Of a DNA stretch of 52,647 nt, positions 44,155 through 52,647 are shown piece by piece. The notes beneath the pieces were generated by a model. It searched no databases. It was given only the letters and a program-made list of their open reading frames with translations, and had not been told where the DNA came from. The position numbers and the translations under genes were made by a program. The stretch spans positions 1 to 52,647 of the forward strand of contig DASVPU010000052.1 of the NCBI GenBank assembly GCA_036389475.1. Reading direction: 5' to 3'. Position 1 is the first letter of the stretch. Every line of letters starts with the position of its first letter. Source of the DNA: Solirubrobacteraceae bacterium (lineage in GTDB: Bacteria > Actinomycetota > Thermoleophilia > Solirubrobacterales > Solirubrobacteraceae).

Positions 44155-44472
44155 GTGGCCTCCATGACCCTGACGACAGCACGCGGCGACGACGCATTGG
44201 TTCTGCTCGGCAAGGCCGTCGGTCACCCGCTCCGCGTCCAGATCCTGCGATCGTGCGCGATGCAGGATCGGCGCTCGCCCTCGCAGATCGCCAGCGAGCT
44301 GAGATCTCCGCTCGGCAGGATCAGCTACCACGTCAGCCTACTCTCGCAGTGGGGCTTTCTCGATCTCGTGGAGACGATTCCGCGACGGGGAGCGGTGGAG
44401 CATCGCTACCGTCTCGCAACGCTCGCGCGCGAGCGTCTCGAGGCGATGGCGCCCGCAATCCTCCAGCGGTAG
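44155..44472 (+). CDS. ArsR-like winged-helix transcriptional regulator
   Basis: 'LLGKAVGHPLRVQILRSC ... SPSQIASELRSPLGRISYHVSLLSQWGFL'. Confidence 0.7.
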   Translation: MASMTLTTARGDDALVLLGKAVGHPLRVQILRSCAMQDRRSPSQIASELRSPLGRISYHVSLLSQWGFLDLVETIPRRGAVEHRYRLATLARERLEAMAPAILQR

Positions 44473-44567
44473 GTCCTGCGCGACCGGATCGGATCTCGCC
44501 GCCGACGTCGCTGCGGGCGGCGGCGCTGACGAAGATGCGCCGCCGGTGCGTCTGATGTCGAATCGAT

Positions 44568-45419
44568 CTACAGCTCGGCGGCCGTCCGCGCCCGCAACGC
44601 CGCCTCGACGCCCCGGAGCACGCGCTCGACGGTCTCGATGTGCTCGACGTCCAAGCCGCCGCGCAGCGCGGCGTCGGCGGCCGCGTCGACCTCGCCGCGG
44701 CGCTCCCGCAACTCCTCCAACCGCCGTGCCAACCTCGCCTGGTCGCGCCAGGGCTCGAGCTCCGCCAGCGCCGCCTCGAACGCCGCCCGCAGCTGCAGCG
44801 CAGCCTCGCGTATTCGTCCGGCATCCAGATCGGCGCGGGCGCGCAGCGCGAGCTCTTCGCACGCGAGCACCGCGTCGCGGCCTGCGAGCAGCGCCGCGAG
44901 CCGCTCCTGCGGGCGCAGCGGGTGCGCGCCACCGCGCCGCATGATCGCGCTCGGGGCGCCACGCGACGCGGGCGCAAGCTCGCGCGCGCCGTCCCAGCCC
45001 CCGTCGGCGACTCGCTCGCCGTCGCCGTACCCGACCCGCACGACAAGCGCCTGCGAGCGCGCGACCGGCAGCACCGTCGGATCCGCTGTCGCCGCGCGAT
45101 GGGCGTGCAGCACGCGGTTCAGTCGCGCCAAGCCGTCGGCGGCGAGCGCTTCGAGGTCGGCGTCGCGCAGCCAGCGGTCCGCGGCTGCGCTGCCGTCCAG
45201 GGCTGCCGTGTCGATGAGCGTCGCGCGGACGGTCAGGACCGGCTGGGGAGGAGGATCGGGTGGGGCTTTGCGAGCCCGCCGCCGCGCCGGGAGAAGCCGG
45301 CGCTCCGCGGCCCCGAGCGTTTGCAGCACGAGGATGTGCGCCGGCGCCTCGCCGAGGTGCTCGCGGATCGGGTAGCGCCCCGGTTGAGGTCCCAGCGCCC
45401 ACGGGAACTCGAACTGCAC
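44568..45419 (-). CDS. hypothetical protein (Ala/Arg/Leu-rich helical C-terminal half)
   Basis: Coherent frame 'FEFPWALGPQPGRYPIREHLGEAPAHILVLQTLG'. I place the start at GTG 45419 because the longest-ORF start (45449) lies inside a terminator hairpin. Confidence 0.4.
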   Translation of the reverse strand: MQFEFPWALGPQPGRYPIREHLGEAPAHILVLQTLGAAERRLLPARRRARKAPPDPPPQPVLTVRATLIDTAALDGSAAADRWLRDADLEALAADGLARLNRVLHAHRAATADPTVLPVARSQALVVRVGYGDGERVADGGWDGARELAPASRGAPSAIMRRGGAHPLRPQERLAALLAGRDAVLACEELALRARADLDAGRIREAALQLRAAFEAALAELEPWRDQARLARRLEELRERRGEVDAAADAALRGGLDVEHIETVERVLRGVEAALRARTAAEL

Positions 45420-45425
45420 GAAACG

Positions 45426-45457
45426 AAACCGCCGTGACTCTTCAGCCACGGCGGTTT
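45426..45457 (-). terminator. intrinsic terminator of the cell-wall hydrolase gene
   Basis: AAACCGCCGTG (45426-45436) pairs perfectly with CACGGCGGTTT (45447-45457). On the minus-strand RNA the stem is followed by UUUCGUUUC. It lies 29 nt after the stop at 45486. Confidence 0.6.
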
Positions 45458-45485
45458 GAAATCAATCGAGGATGTCCGAGTGGAT

Positions 45486-47981
45486 CTACTCGGCCTTGTG
45501 CGCCTGACTGGCCCGCCCCAGCTGCGGGACCTTGATCGCGTACTTGGACGGCGCCAGCTGGACCGTGGGATTGTCGATGTGACCCAGGCGGTCGATCAGC
45601 TTGATCCACTGCGACGGCTTGAGCACCGATGAGGCGATCTGCCCGGCCTTCGAGTTCAGGCTGAACTGCGGCCGGAAGCCGACGTGGATGTGGTCGGCGT
45701 GGTCGGCCATCGCGAGTGTGTTGTCAGCGCCCTCGTAGGTCATCAGGGTGATGATCTGCGCGGGCTTCATCGTCCCCTGCAGCGTCAGCAACCTGCGAAC
45801 CGCGATGTCCGTGATCGAGCCCGCACCCTGGTTGCCCAGGATCGGGATCCCGTTGATCTTGGCGATGTCCACCGCGTTACCCGACGAGTGCGCCGAGACG
45901 TTGCCCGACGAGGTGTAGTAGCCGTGGCCACACTGCAGCGACGTGACGGTCGGCTTCAGACCCGAGGACGCGAGGAACTCGAGCGTCGCGAGCACGCGGC
46001 GGTCGACGATCCCCGACTCGATGTCACGACGTCCGCAAGAGTAGGTCTCGATCCGAGGGTTAGCCAGGACGCGCTGGATCAGGTTGTCCTTGCTCTCGAG
46101 CAGGATCTGCCCGATCGTCGCGGTCTGGGCGTTCTCGCCGAGCAACGGGTTCTTGCCCTGCGCCCGGTAGATCGCGGTCGACTCGAGCAGCTTCCAGCCG
46201 TCGAGGATCGGCTTCGGATCGATCCGCGGAGCTCCGCGCCCGGCGGGCCGGATCTCGAACAGCATGTGCGGAGCGAGCGTCGGCGACGTCTTGCCGATCC
46301 GTCCGAGGATCGTGCCCGCGATGACGCGGCGACCGGGGACCAGACGCTTGAGCACGACGTCGTGGCGGTTGAGGCCGTAGACCCCGGTGAAGTACGACTT
46401 GACGTTGCCCGTCAGCGCCGACTCGGATTCGAGGATCTGCTTGCGCCCGCCGCTGTCCAGCGCCCTCGGGCGCGACGGGTTGGCGAACAGCCGCTCCTTG
46501 GCGACGGCCGTCGTCTCCTGCACCGCCTGAGCGGGCGCCTGGACGGCCTGCTTGACGGCCTTGACCGGGTCCTTGACCACCTTCTTGACTGCCGTGCTGG
46601 AGGACGAGCTGGCCGGCGCCGTGGGCGCCGGGTCGGCCTTCGGGAGCGCGAGCTCCTTGGCGATCGACTCCTTCGTCTGCGTCTTGCTCTTGGGCACCGG
46701 CACCTGCTTGGCGACGGTCTTCAGACCGGCGTAGGTGTAGGTGTTGCCGTAGGCGTCGCGCAGCATCACGAAGTTGCCAAGGCGCGTGTTGCGCCCGACC
46801 TTGACGATCTTGCCGTCCTGGACGGCCACGACCGCAGACTTCGCGTTGGCGAAGATGTTGATGCCGCGCCGAGCGCTCTTGCCCTCGACCGGCATCGCCG
46901 CGTTCTGGCCGCGAGCGAAGCGACGTGTCGCGTCGCGCTCGGAGATGTCGTCGGCGTACTTCGACGTCGCGTGGACCGGGAAGATGCCCTGCGTCAGCCC
47001 GCTGATCGAGCCGATGAGATCCGCTGGCATGCCGCCGATGAACCGTGCGCGCATGAGCACCGAGTCGACGTACCAATCGGCGTGGTTGTAGGCGTAGATC
47101 GCCTTGCGCAGATCCTGATCGGCGCCCGCCGCCTTGAGATAGCGCGCCGCGGCGAAGATTGCGTCGACCGGGTTGTAGGGATCCTTCTTGCCATCGGAAT
47201 TGGCGTCCACCGCCCACGTCTTCCAGCTCGACGGGATGAACTGCATCCAGCCCATCGCCCCGGCGGAGCTGACGTTGAGGTTGCGGCCATAGTCGGTCTC
47301 GATCTCGTTGATCGCCGCCAGGACCTCCCAGCGGATGCCGTACTGGATGCCCGCCGCCTGATAGATCGACAGCAAGAAGGCCGGGATCCGGAACTTGTTG
47401 ATGAAGAAGTTCGGAACGCCGACGGGAACCGCGCCGGGGAGAGCCAGGGACATCGTCGGGTTCGACAGCGTCGGGATGCCGTTGGAGTGGCGCAGGTCGG
47501 TGGCCTTCGGCCGGGCGGTCTCGGGCGCCCGCGCGGCGGTGTCCAGAAGGCGTCCGGCCGTATCGACCCCCTTCTCGACGTTGGCCTTGGCCTTCTTCGA
47601 CTTCTTGACGACCGTCTTGTCGACCGGGGCCTGGAGCGGGACGGTTGGCTGCTCTGCGACCGGGGCGGCAGGCGCCGCAGCCGGTACGGTGGGCTTGATC
47701 GACAGCGACGGTCCGTTGCTGGGGGGCGCGTTGACCGGCGTGATCTCCTTGATGCTGAGGATCGGCAGCGCCCCGATGTTGGGCAGCCTGATCTGATCAA
47801 GGGGGAGGTCTGCACCCACATCGATCGTGATGGTCTTCTTGATCTTTCCGAGCAGCTGGAGTTCGAACGTGCGCTTGATAGCGCTCGCGGGGCCAGCAAA
47901 TGTCCCGAATCCGACGGCTATGCCGCCGCTCGCGACCATAGCCATGAGCAGCCTACGCTTGTGGTGCATGTGTTCCTGCAT
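45486..47981 (-). CDS. secreted multidomain peptidoglycan hydrolase (lytic transglycosylase + M23 peptidase + LAS/M15-like zinc peptidase)
   Basis: Signal peptide 'LLMAMVASGGIAVGFGTFAGPASA'. SLT domain 'AINEIETDYGRN ... GAMGWMQFIPSSW'. M23 domain 'VVAVQDGKIVKVG ... APHMLFEIRPAG'. C-terminal 'SAHSSGNAVDIA ... ADHADHIHVGF'. Confidence 0.8.
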   Translation of the reverse strand: MQEHMHHKRRLLMAMVASGGIAVGFGTFAGPASAIKRTFELQLLGKIKKTITIDVGADLPLDQIRLPNIGALPILSIKEITPVNAPPSNGPSLSIKPTVPAAAPAAPVAEQPTVPLQAPVDKTVVKKSKKAKANVEKGVDTAGRLLDTAARAPETARPKATDLRHSNGIPTLSNPTMSLALPGAVPVGVPNFFINKFRIPAFLLSIYQAAGIQYGIRWEVLAAINEIETDYGRNLNVSSAGAMGWMQFIPSSWKTWAVDANSDGKKDPYNPVDAIFAAARYLKAAGADQDLRKAIYAYNHADWYVDSVLMRARFIGGMPADLIGSISGLTQGIFPVHATSKYADDISERDATRRFARGQNAAMPVEGKSARRGINIFANAKSAVVAVQDGKIVKVGRNTRLGNFVMLRDAYGNTYTYAGLKTVAKQVPVPKSKTQTKESIAKELALPKADPAPTAPASSSSSTAVKKVVKDPVKAVKQAVQAPAQAVQETTAVAKERLFANPSRPRALDSGGRKQILESESALTGNVKSYFTGVYGLNRHDVVLKRLVPGRRVIAGTILGRIGKTSPTLAPHMLFEIRPAGRGAPRIDPKPILDGWKLLESTAIYRAQGKNPLLGENAQTATIGQILLESKDNLIQRVLANPRIETYSCGRRDIESGIVDRRVLATLEFLASSGLKPTVTSLQCGHGYYTSSGNVSAHSSGNAVDIAKINGIPILGNQGAGSITDIAVRRLLTLQGTMKPAQIITLMTYEGADNTLAMADHADHIHVGFRPQFSLNSKAGQIASSVLKPSQWIKLIDRLGHIDNPTVQLAPSKYAIKVPQLGRASQAHKAE

Positions 47982-48224
47982 CTCCCCCCTGGAGCTGTTC
48001 CAAGTACGCGATCCCGATGCGCGTGTCCGCAGACTAGCGAGAATTGGCGCCCCGCGCTAAACACCGTCTAAACGACTAGGTTCGAGCGGGCATTTCAGCG
48101 CGTAACGAGGACGGAACGCCGCGCCCGCCGCCGCAGGTCGTTTTCCGCAGGGTGCTCGCGTCGGGCGCGGCACACTGCGCTAGCCTGCGGGCGCCCCCCA
48201 CGAAGGCTTGAGAAAGGCAGCTGG

Positions 48225-48689
48225 ATGAGCGACGACGCCGAGGTCGAAGGGCTGCGCGGACGGATCGCCAGGCAGGGCGAGGACACGCTCGGCAGGATGG
48301 CCGAGGACCTGCTGGCGAACCCGCTCGTGAGCAGTGCAATCCAGCGTGCATTCGACGCGCGCGAGAAGGCATCGGCGGCGCAGGAGGCGGCGTTCGGCGC
48401 GCTGAACATCCCGACGGCCGGCGACATCGAGCGCCTGACGCGCCGGGTGCGGTCGGTCTCCCAGCGCTTGGAGGGGATCGAGGACGGCATCGATCGCCTG
48501 GACGAGCGGCTGGCAGCGCTGCCCCCGTCGGACGGCGTCAACGCGCGCCTGGAGCGGATCGAGGCGCAGCTCACGGCGCTCACGGTGCGGCTCGACCAGC
48601 TGCGCGAGGAGCTGCCGGCGAACTCGAAGCCCAAGCCGAAGGCGAAGCCGGCCCCCGCACGCCGGCCGCGGGCGAAGGCCGCCGGCTAA
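48225..48689 (+). CDS. coiled-coil protein with a basic KPKPK tail (phasin/PhaF-like)
   Basis: 'AGDIERLTRRVRSVSQRLEGIEDGIDRLDERL' is a heptad-like region. The tail is 'NSKPKPKAKPAPARRPRAKAAG'. Confidence 0.45.
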   Translation: MSDDAEVEGLRGRIARQGEDTLGRMAEDLLANPLVSSAIQRAFDAREKASAAQEAAFGALNIPTAGDIERLTRRVRSVSQRLEGIEDGIDRLDERLAALPPSDGVNARLERIEAQLTALTVRLDQLREELPANSKPKPKAKPAPARRPRAKAAG

Positions 48690-48714
48690 TGGTCAGTCCC
48701 GTAACGACTGACCA

Positions 48715-49410
48715 CTAGCACGACAGCGCGCCTTCGGCGGCTCGTCCCAGGCGCTGCGCTGCCAGGGCGAGGCCTTCGTCGTCGATGCGATCGCGCCCAC
48801 CGCTGGCGTCGAGGATGTCGCTGACCCCAAGCACGCAGGCGGCCGCGATGCCGCGCAGCTCAGCGACCCGAAGGATCGTGGCCGCCTCCATCTCCACGGC
48901 GAGCGCCCCCGCACTTGTCCACGCGCGGGCGCGCGCGACACCGCGGTCGTAGAAGAGGTCCGTCGACGCCACCGTCCCGGTGCGGACGCCGTCGCCCGCC
49001 GCGTCTCGCAGCGCGGCGACGAGGCCGCGGTCGGCGGCGACCAGGCCATCGGCGCCCAGGGCACGGCTCGTGCCGTCGGCGGCGAGCGCTGCGTCTGCGA
49101 TGACGAGATCGCCGAGCGCCAGGCAGCCGTCCAGGGCGCCGCACGTGCCGACTCGGATCGCGCGCTCCAGGCCCAGATCGCACAGCTCCTCGAGCACGAT
49201 CGCGGCGCTTGGCCCGCCCATCCCGGTGCTCTGAATCGTCAGCAGCCGGCCGTCTTGCGCCTCGCCTGTGTAACCCCACAGCCCGCGGTTGTGGTTGAAC
49301 ATCTTCGGCTCGCGGAGCAGCAGCTGGGCGAGCGCGAGCGCCCGCCCGGGGTCTCCGGGCAGCAGCGCGCGGGGGGCCAGCGGGGCCGTTGGGCGGATAT
49401 GGACGGTCAT
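48715..49410 (-). CDS. nucleoside phosphorylase (PNP/UDP family 1)
   Basis: Start 'MTVHIRP'. 'LLPGDPGRA', 'IQSTGMGGPSAAIVLEEL', 'RVGTCGAL' and 'AVEMEAATI'. Confidence 0.8.
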   Translation of the reverse strand: MTVHIRPTAPLAPRALLPGDPGRALALAQLLLREPKMFNHNRGLWGYTGEAQDGRLLTIQSTGMGGPSAAIVLEELCDLGLERAIRVGTCGALDGCLALGDLVIADAALAADGTSRALGADGLVAADRGLVAALRDAAGDGVRTGTVASTDLFYDRGVARARAWTSAGALAVEMEAATILRVAELRGIAAACVLGVSDILDASGGRDRIDDEGLALAAQRLGRAAEGALSC

Positions 49411-49434
49411 CCGGGCTGCGCATATGATCGACGG

Positions 49435-49791
49435 ATGGTCAAGAAGAAGAGCGCCTCGCGCACCGACGCGGTTCGCGAGGCCGTCGACCAGGCGTTCAAG
49501 TCGCAGTTCCCGCGCGAGCGGATCTCCGACCTGCTCGACGAGCTGGGCAGCACCGCCGGCCGGCTGCGCGGGGCGGTCGACGAGCTGCGGCCCGCGTCGG
49601 AGGCGGAGCACAAGGCGCTGCGGATCGAGGTGCGCGATCTCACGTCGGCAGTCAAAGCGCTGTCCAAGCGCGTCGACGCGCTCGAGGCCAAGCCAAAGCC
49701 CAAGCCTGCTGCTCGCCGGACGACAAAGGCCGGCGCCGCGTCGCGGGCGCGCAAGCCGTCGGCCACCGAGCCGCCGGCCTCCGGGTCGTAG
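49435..49791 (+). CDS. coiled-coil protein with a basic KPKPK tail (paralog-like to 48225-48689)
   Basis: ATG 49435 'MVKKKSASRTDAVREAVDQAF'. Contains 'RIEVRDLTSAVKALSKRVDALEAKPKPKPAARR'. Confidence 0.45.
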   Translation: MVKKKSASRTDAVREAVDQAFKSQFPRERISDLLDELGSTAGRLRGAVDELRPASEAEHKALRIEVRDLTSAVKALSKRVDALEAKPKPKPAARRTTKAGAASRARKPSATEPPASGS

Positions 49792-49877
49792 GCTGGCTGC
49801 AGACGTAGTCTCAGATCCAGCCGCGGCCGCGGCCGCGAAACCTCAGTTCGCAACCGATAGGGAGGTTCCACGTCACC

Positions 49878-50303
49878 ATGGGAGCCGAGTTCAGCGGCCC
49901 GAAGGAGTTCCGCAGCGTCATGGACCGCATCTTCACGCTGATGAGCGATGACCCGGACATGGGGCCGAAGCTGCGCGATGCCGATGTGCCCCAGCGCTTC
50001 GAGTTCGACGACGTCGACCTCGTCGTCAACATCCGCGCCGCCCGCGAGGGCGAGGACGGCTGCCTGTACTGGGAGTGGAACGACGACGTCGACTGGAAGC
50101 CCAAGGTCAAGATGAAGATGTCCTCCAACGTCGCCAACCGGTACTTCCAGGGCAAGGAGAACGTTCCGATCGCGATCGCGCGGCGACGCATCAAGACGAG
50201 CGGCGACGTCAAGGCGGCGCTCGCGCTGATCCCGATCACGAAGCCTGTGTACGCCCAGTACCGCGACGTCGTCGAGGCCGAGTACCCGCATCTGAAGGTC
50301 TGA
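49878..50303 (+). CDS. SCP2 sterol-binding domain-containing protein
   Basis: 141 aa with 'FEFDDVDLVVNIRAA', 'NRYFQGKENVPIAIARRRIKTSGDVKAALALIPI'. Confidence 0.65.
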   Translation: MGAEFSGPKEFRSVMDRIFTLMSDDPDMGPKLRDADVPQRFEFDDVDLVVNIRAAREGEDGCLYWEWNDDVDWKPKVKMKMSSNVANRYFQGKENVPIAIARRRIKTSGDVKAALALIPITKPVYAQYRDVVEAEYPHLKV

Positions 50304-50459
50304 CGCGCATTAAGAGGCGTTGACAGCGCGCCCCAGGAGGCGTATGCATCCCCTACCAGGTCGAACAGTGGGTGGCTCGCCACCCGCGAGGCGCCGCCGG
50401 TACGAAGACGAGCGCCGTCGGCCAAGGCAGCGGGCCGTATCGCCCGCAGACGGCGGGGC

Positions 50460-50846
50460 TCAGGTCCCGCCGTCGTCGTGAGATCGATTCGCGCGGGAGC
50501 AGCGGGGCCTACGACGCCGCACCCGGCTCCGGCGCTGCGTGGCAGACCGCCTAGAGACGTTGTCTGCATCCGGATCCAGCACGAAGGCCCCGTTATTAGC
50601 CGGGGTGGTACTGCGCCGTGGACCGCAAGGCCCGTTGTCGACGCCGCCGGCCGCCATCGCCGCCTCGTAGAACGCGTCGACGGCCGCTCGATCCTCGGCA
50701 CGGAAGGCGACGTGGGCGGTCGTCGGGGTGCCGTCCTGGGAAAGCCAGCCAACAAGGGCGGCAACGTTTGGCCGCCTACCGACCACGGGTAGCGGAGCCT
50801 CAATGTCAGATTCCGATCTCACAGACCGCCCCGTCAGCGAACTCAT
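50460..50846 (-). pseudogene. probable remnant of a VOC/glyoxalase-family gene
   Basis: Only the second half of a VOC fold is recognisable ('HVAFRAEDRAAVDAFYEAAMAAGGVDNG ... GAFVLDPDADNV'). The N-terminal module is missing, the tail is Arg-rich, and the 5' end overlaps the holin-like gene. Confidence 0.3.
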
Positions 50847-51207
50847 TCAGCGCGCCTCGCAGCAGACCGCGACGCTCGTGCGCGACGAGATCCGGCTCGC
50901 CAAGCTCGAGCTTCAGGAGAAGGGCAAGCGCCTTGGCATGGGTGCCGGGATGCTCGGAGGCGCCGGCCTCGTCGCCGTCTTCGGCGTCGGCGCCCTGGTC
51001 GCAGCGCTCATCCTTGCGCTGGCGACGGTGCTCGAGGCCTGGATCGCCGCTCTGCTCGTCGCCGTCGGCCTGCTTGCGCTCGCCGGCATCCTCGCTCTGA
51101 GCGGTAAGAGCAAGCTCGAGGAGGCGACGCCGCCGGTGCCAGAGGAGGCAATCGAGAGCACCAAGCACGATGTCGAGACGATCAAGGAGCACGTGCACCA
51201 GCGATGA
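50803..51207 (+). CDS. phage holin family protein (actinobacterial holin-X type membrane protein)
   Basis: 'LVRDEIRLAKLELQEKGKRLGMGAGMLGGAGLVAVFGVGALV', with two TM helices. Confidence 0.7.
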   Translation: MSDSDLTDRPVSELIQRASQQTATLVRDEIRLAKLELQEKGKRLGMGAGMLGGAGLVAVFGVGALVAALILALATVLEAWIAALLVAVGLLALAGILALSGKSKLEEATPPVPEEAIESTKHDVETIKEHVHQR

Positions 51208-51488
51208 GCGCTTCCGATCAAATCCACGACGATGCACCCACCGAGCGCGACGCGCTGCTGCACGAGATCGAGTCGACGCGCGAGGAGCTCGGCGCGACCG
51301 TCGAGGCGCTCGCGCACAAGGCGGACGTCAAGGCTCAGGTTCAAGAGAAGGTCGAGGAGACCAAGGAGCACCTGCGCGAGACGAAGGTCACGTTGCGCGA
51401 GCGGCTGAACAAGCGAGAGGTGCCGGCCGCCGTCGCCGCGGCAAGCGCCCTGCTGCTGCTGGTCTCGCTGCTGCGGTCGCGCCGCTAG
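51204..51488 (+). CDS. DUF3618-like protein with a C-terminal membrane anchor
   Basis: ATGA overlap with the upstream gene. 'LLHEIESTREELGATVEALAHKADVK' and a C-terminal TM. Confidence 0.6.
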   Translation: MSASDQIHDDAPTERDALLHEIESTREELGATVEALAHKADVKAQVQEKVEETKEHLRETKVTLRERLNKREVPAAVAAASALLLLVSLLRSRR

Positions 51489-51502
51489 CCATCGGATTGC
51501 AG

Positions 51503-52156
51503 CTAGCCGAGCATCCGCCGCTCCACCGCCCAGCGCGACAGCTCATGGCGGCTGGAGAGCTGGAGCTTGCGCAGCACGGCTGACACGTGCGCCTCGACGG
51601 TCTTGGCTGAGATTCCAAGCCGCTGGGCGATCTCCTTGTACATATAGCCGCGGGCTATGTGCTGCAGCACCTCGCGCTCGCGGGGCGTGAGCTGGTCAAG
51701 CTCGGCGTCACGGGTACCGGATGCCGGCGGCGGCGGGGGCGCGCCGGCGAACGCATCGAGCACGAAGCCGGCCAGCCGCGGAGAGAAGACGGCGTCGCCT
51801 CCGCGTACGCGGCGCACGGCATCGGCGAGCTCGGCGGCCGAGATCGTCTTCGTGACGTAGCCGCGCGCGCCCGCGCGAATGACGGCGATGACGTCCTCGG
51901 CGGCGTCGGAGACCGACAGCGCGAGGAAGCGCGCCGCCGGCGCGTCGCCTCCGACGCGTCGGATCACCTCGAGGCCACCGCCATCGGGCATGTGGACGTC
52001 GAGCAGCACAACGTCGGGTTGCTCGGCCCGGATCAGCGCGACCGCCGCGTCCACCGTCGCCGCGTCGCCGACGATGTCGACCAACCCCTCGAGCTCCGCG
52101 CGCACGCCCGCGCGAAACAGCTCGTGATCGTCGACGAGGACGACGCGCGTGCTCAT
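51503..52156 (-). CDS. NarL/LuxR-family response regulator (canonical receiver)
   Basis: 'RVVLVDDHELFRAGV', 'DVVLLDVHMPDGGG', 'GARGYVTK' and HTH 'LTPREREVLQHIARGYMYKEIAQRLGISAKTVEAHV'. Confidence 0.9.
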   Translation of the reverse strand: MSTRVVLVDDHELFRAGVRAELEGLVDIVGDAATVDAAVALIRAEQPDVVLLDVHMPDGGGLEVIRRVGGDAPAARFLALSVSDAAEDVIAVIRAGARGYVTKTISAAELADAVRRVRGGDAVFSPRLAGFVLDAFAGAPPPPPASGTRDAELDQLTPREREVLQHIARGYMYKEIAQRLGISAKTVEAHVSAVLRKLQLSSRHELSRWAVERRMLG

Positions 52157-52647
52157 CCGCCGTCACCGCCGCCGCCGCGCTCCAGCACAAGCTCGACCTC
52201 GATGCCGCCGCCCGGCGATGCCTGGATCGTCGCGCGACCGCCGTGGCGCTCCATCCGCCCGACGATCGACTCGCGGACGCCGCGGCGGTCGGCCGGCACG
52301 GCGTCGACGTCGAAGCCCGGTCCGCGGTCGCGGACGAACACCTGCAGGCGCTCGTCACCCCCCTCCGCGTAGACCGCCACCGGCGCCGAGTCGCCGGCGA
52401 ACTTCGCCGCGTTGAGCATCGCCTCGCGCGCCGCGGCGACGAGCGCCTCGCCGTCGCGGTCCAAGCGCGCGTCGCCGACGGCGACGACGTCGACCGCCAC
52501 GCCGTGCTCGCGCTCGATCTCCTCCGCCGCCGTCTGGAGCGCCGCCGCCAGCCAGCGCTCGCCCTCGCCGTGCGCCGGTGCCCCACCCAACCAGGTGCGC
52601 AGCTCGCGCTCCTGCCGGCGCGCGAGCGCCGCCACCGCGCGCGGGTC
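52153..52647 (-). CDS. sensor histidine kinase, C-terminal HATPase domain (5' end outside the window)
   Basis: The frame is open to the window edge. 'EAMLNAAKFA', 'VFVRDRGPGFD' and 'GRMERHGGRATIQASPGGGIEVEL'. ATGA overlap with the regulator gene. Confidence 0.8.
   Translation of the reverse strand, partial: DPRAVAALARRQERELRTWLGGAPAHGEGERWLAAALQTAAEEIEREHGVAVDVVAVGDARLDRDGEALVAAAREAMLNAAKFAGDSAPVAVYAEGGDERLQVFVRDRGPGFDVDAVPADRRGVRESIVGRMERHGGRATIQASPGGGIEVELVLERGGGGDGG

Noticed and set aside
45684-48071. 795-aa plus-strand ORF.
   Set aside because: It is antisense to the peptidoglycan hydrolase, whose three catalytic domains are clear. The translation is Arg/Asp/Gly-rich and featureless.
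1-52647. I scanned the whole window for CRISPR arrays, IS elements or transposases, integrases, tRNA/rRNA genes, toxin-antitoxin pairs and known defence-system signatures.
   Set aside because: I found no regularly spaced repeats of CRISPR type, no DDE, tyrosine or serine recombinase motifs, no terminal inverted repeats flanking a gene, and no structured RNA genes. The only repeats seen are the short ones reported above.

Overview
This is a high-GC, densely coding chromosomal segment that looks like Actinomycetota. I could not compute GC content, and nearly every stretch shows long spurious ORFs in several frames. I support about 55 protein-coding genes. I found no rRNA, tRNA, CRISPR array, transposase or integrase.

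Ordinary content, in order:
- The 3' part of an MMPL transporter, an mIHF-like gene, and a divergent alpha-oxoamine synthase/GNAT pair.
- Two convergent DNA glycosylases (AlkA-type and YcaQ/AlkZ-type).
- An NMT1/THI5-type ABC importer behind a clear TPP riboswitch.
- A GCS2 ligase followed by a heme-oxygenase-like di-iron enzyme.
- A MoxR-VWA-CDGSH operon, an alpha/beta hydrolase, and an EVE-domain gene.
- A C5-epimerase-like exported protein, an aldo/keto reductase, and a Ca2+/H+ antiporter.
- A copper cluster (unknown exported protein, CopC/CopD, YcnI) and a PepSY membrane protein.
- A beta-oxidation block (acyl-CoA dehydrogenase, PadR, FadB-like fusion, Sir2 deacylase).
- An S9 peptidase, an ArsR-like regulator, and a three-domain cell-wall hydrolase.
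- A nucleoside phosphorylase flanked by two coiled-coil proteins with basic tails, an SCP2 protein, and a holin-X/DUF3618 pair.
- A NarL-type two-component system that runs off the 3' edge of the window.

The stand-out locus is 35.9-42.1 kb. An atypical LuxR-type regulator sits upstream of a translationally coupled operon. The operon encodes a 96-aa peptide with a Cys/Ser/Thr-rich C-terminus, a stand-alone APH-type kinase, and an 807-aa fusion of a HopA1-like domain to a zinc LanC cyclase. It ends with a signal-less M4 (protealysin-like) peptidase and an emfourin-like inhibitor. I read this as a lanthipeptide-type RiPP system whose synthetase architecture does not fit the described classes.

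All start codons are judged by eye and are approximate. All family calls come from motif recognition, not from searches.
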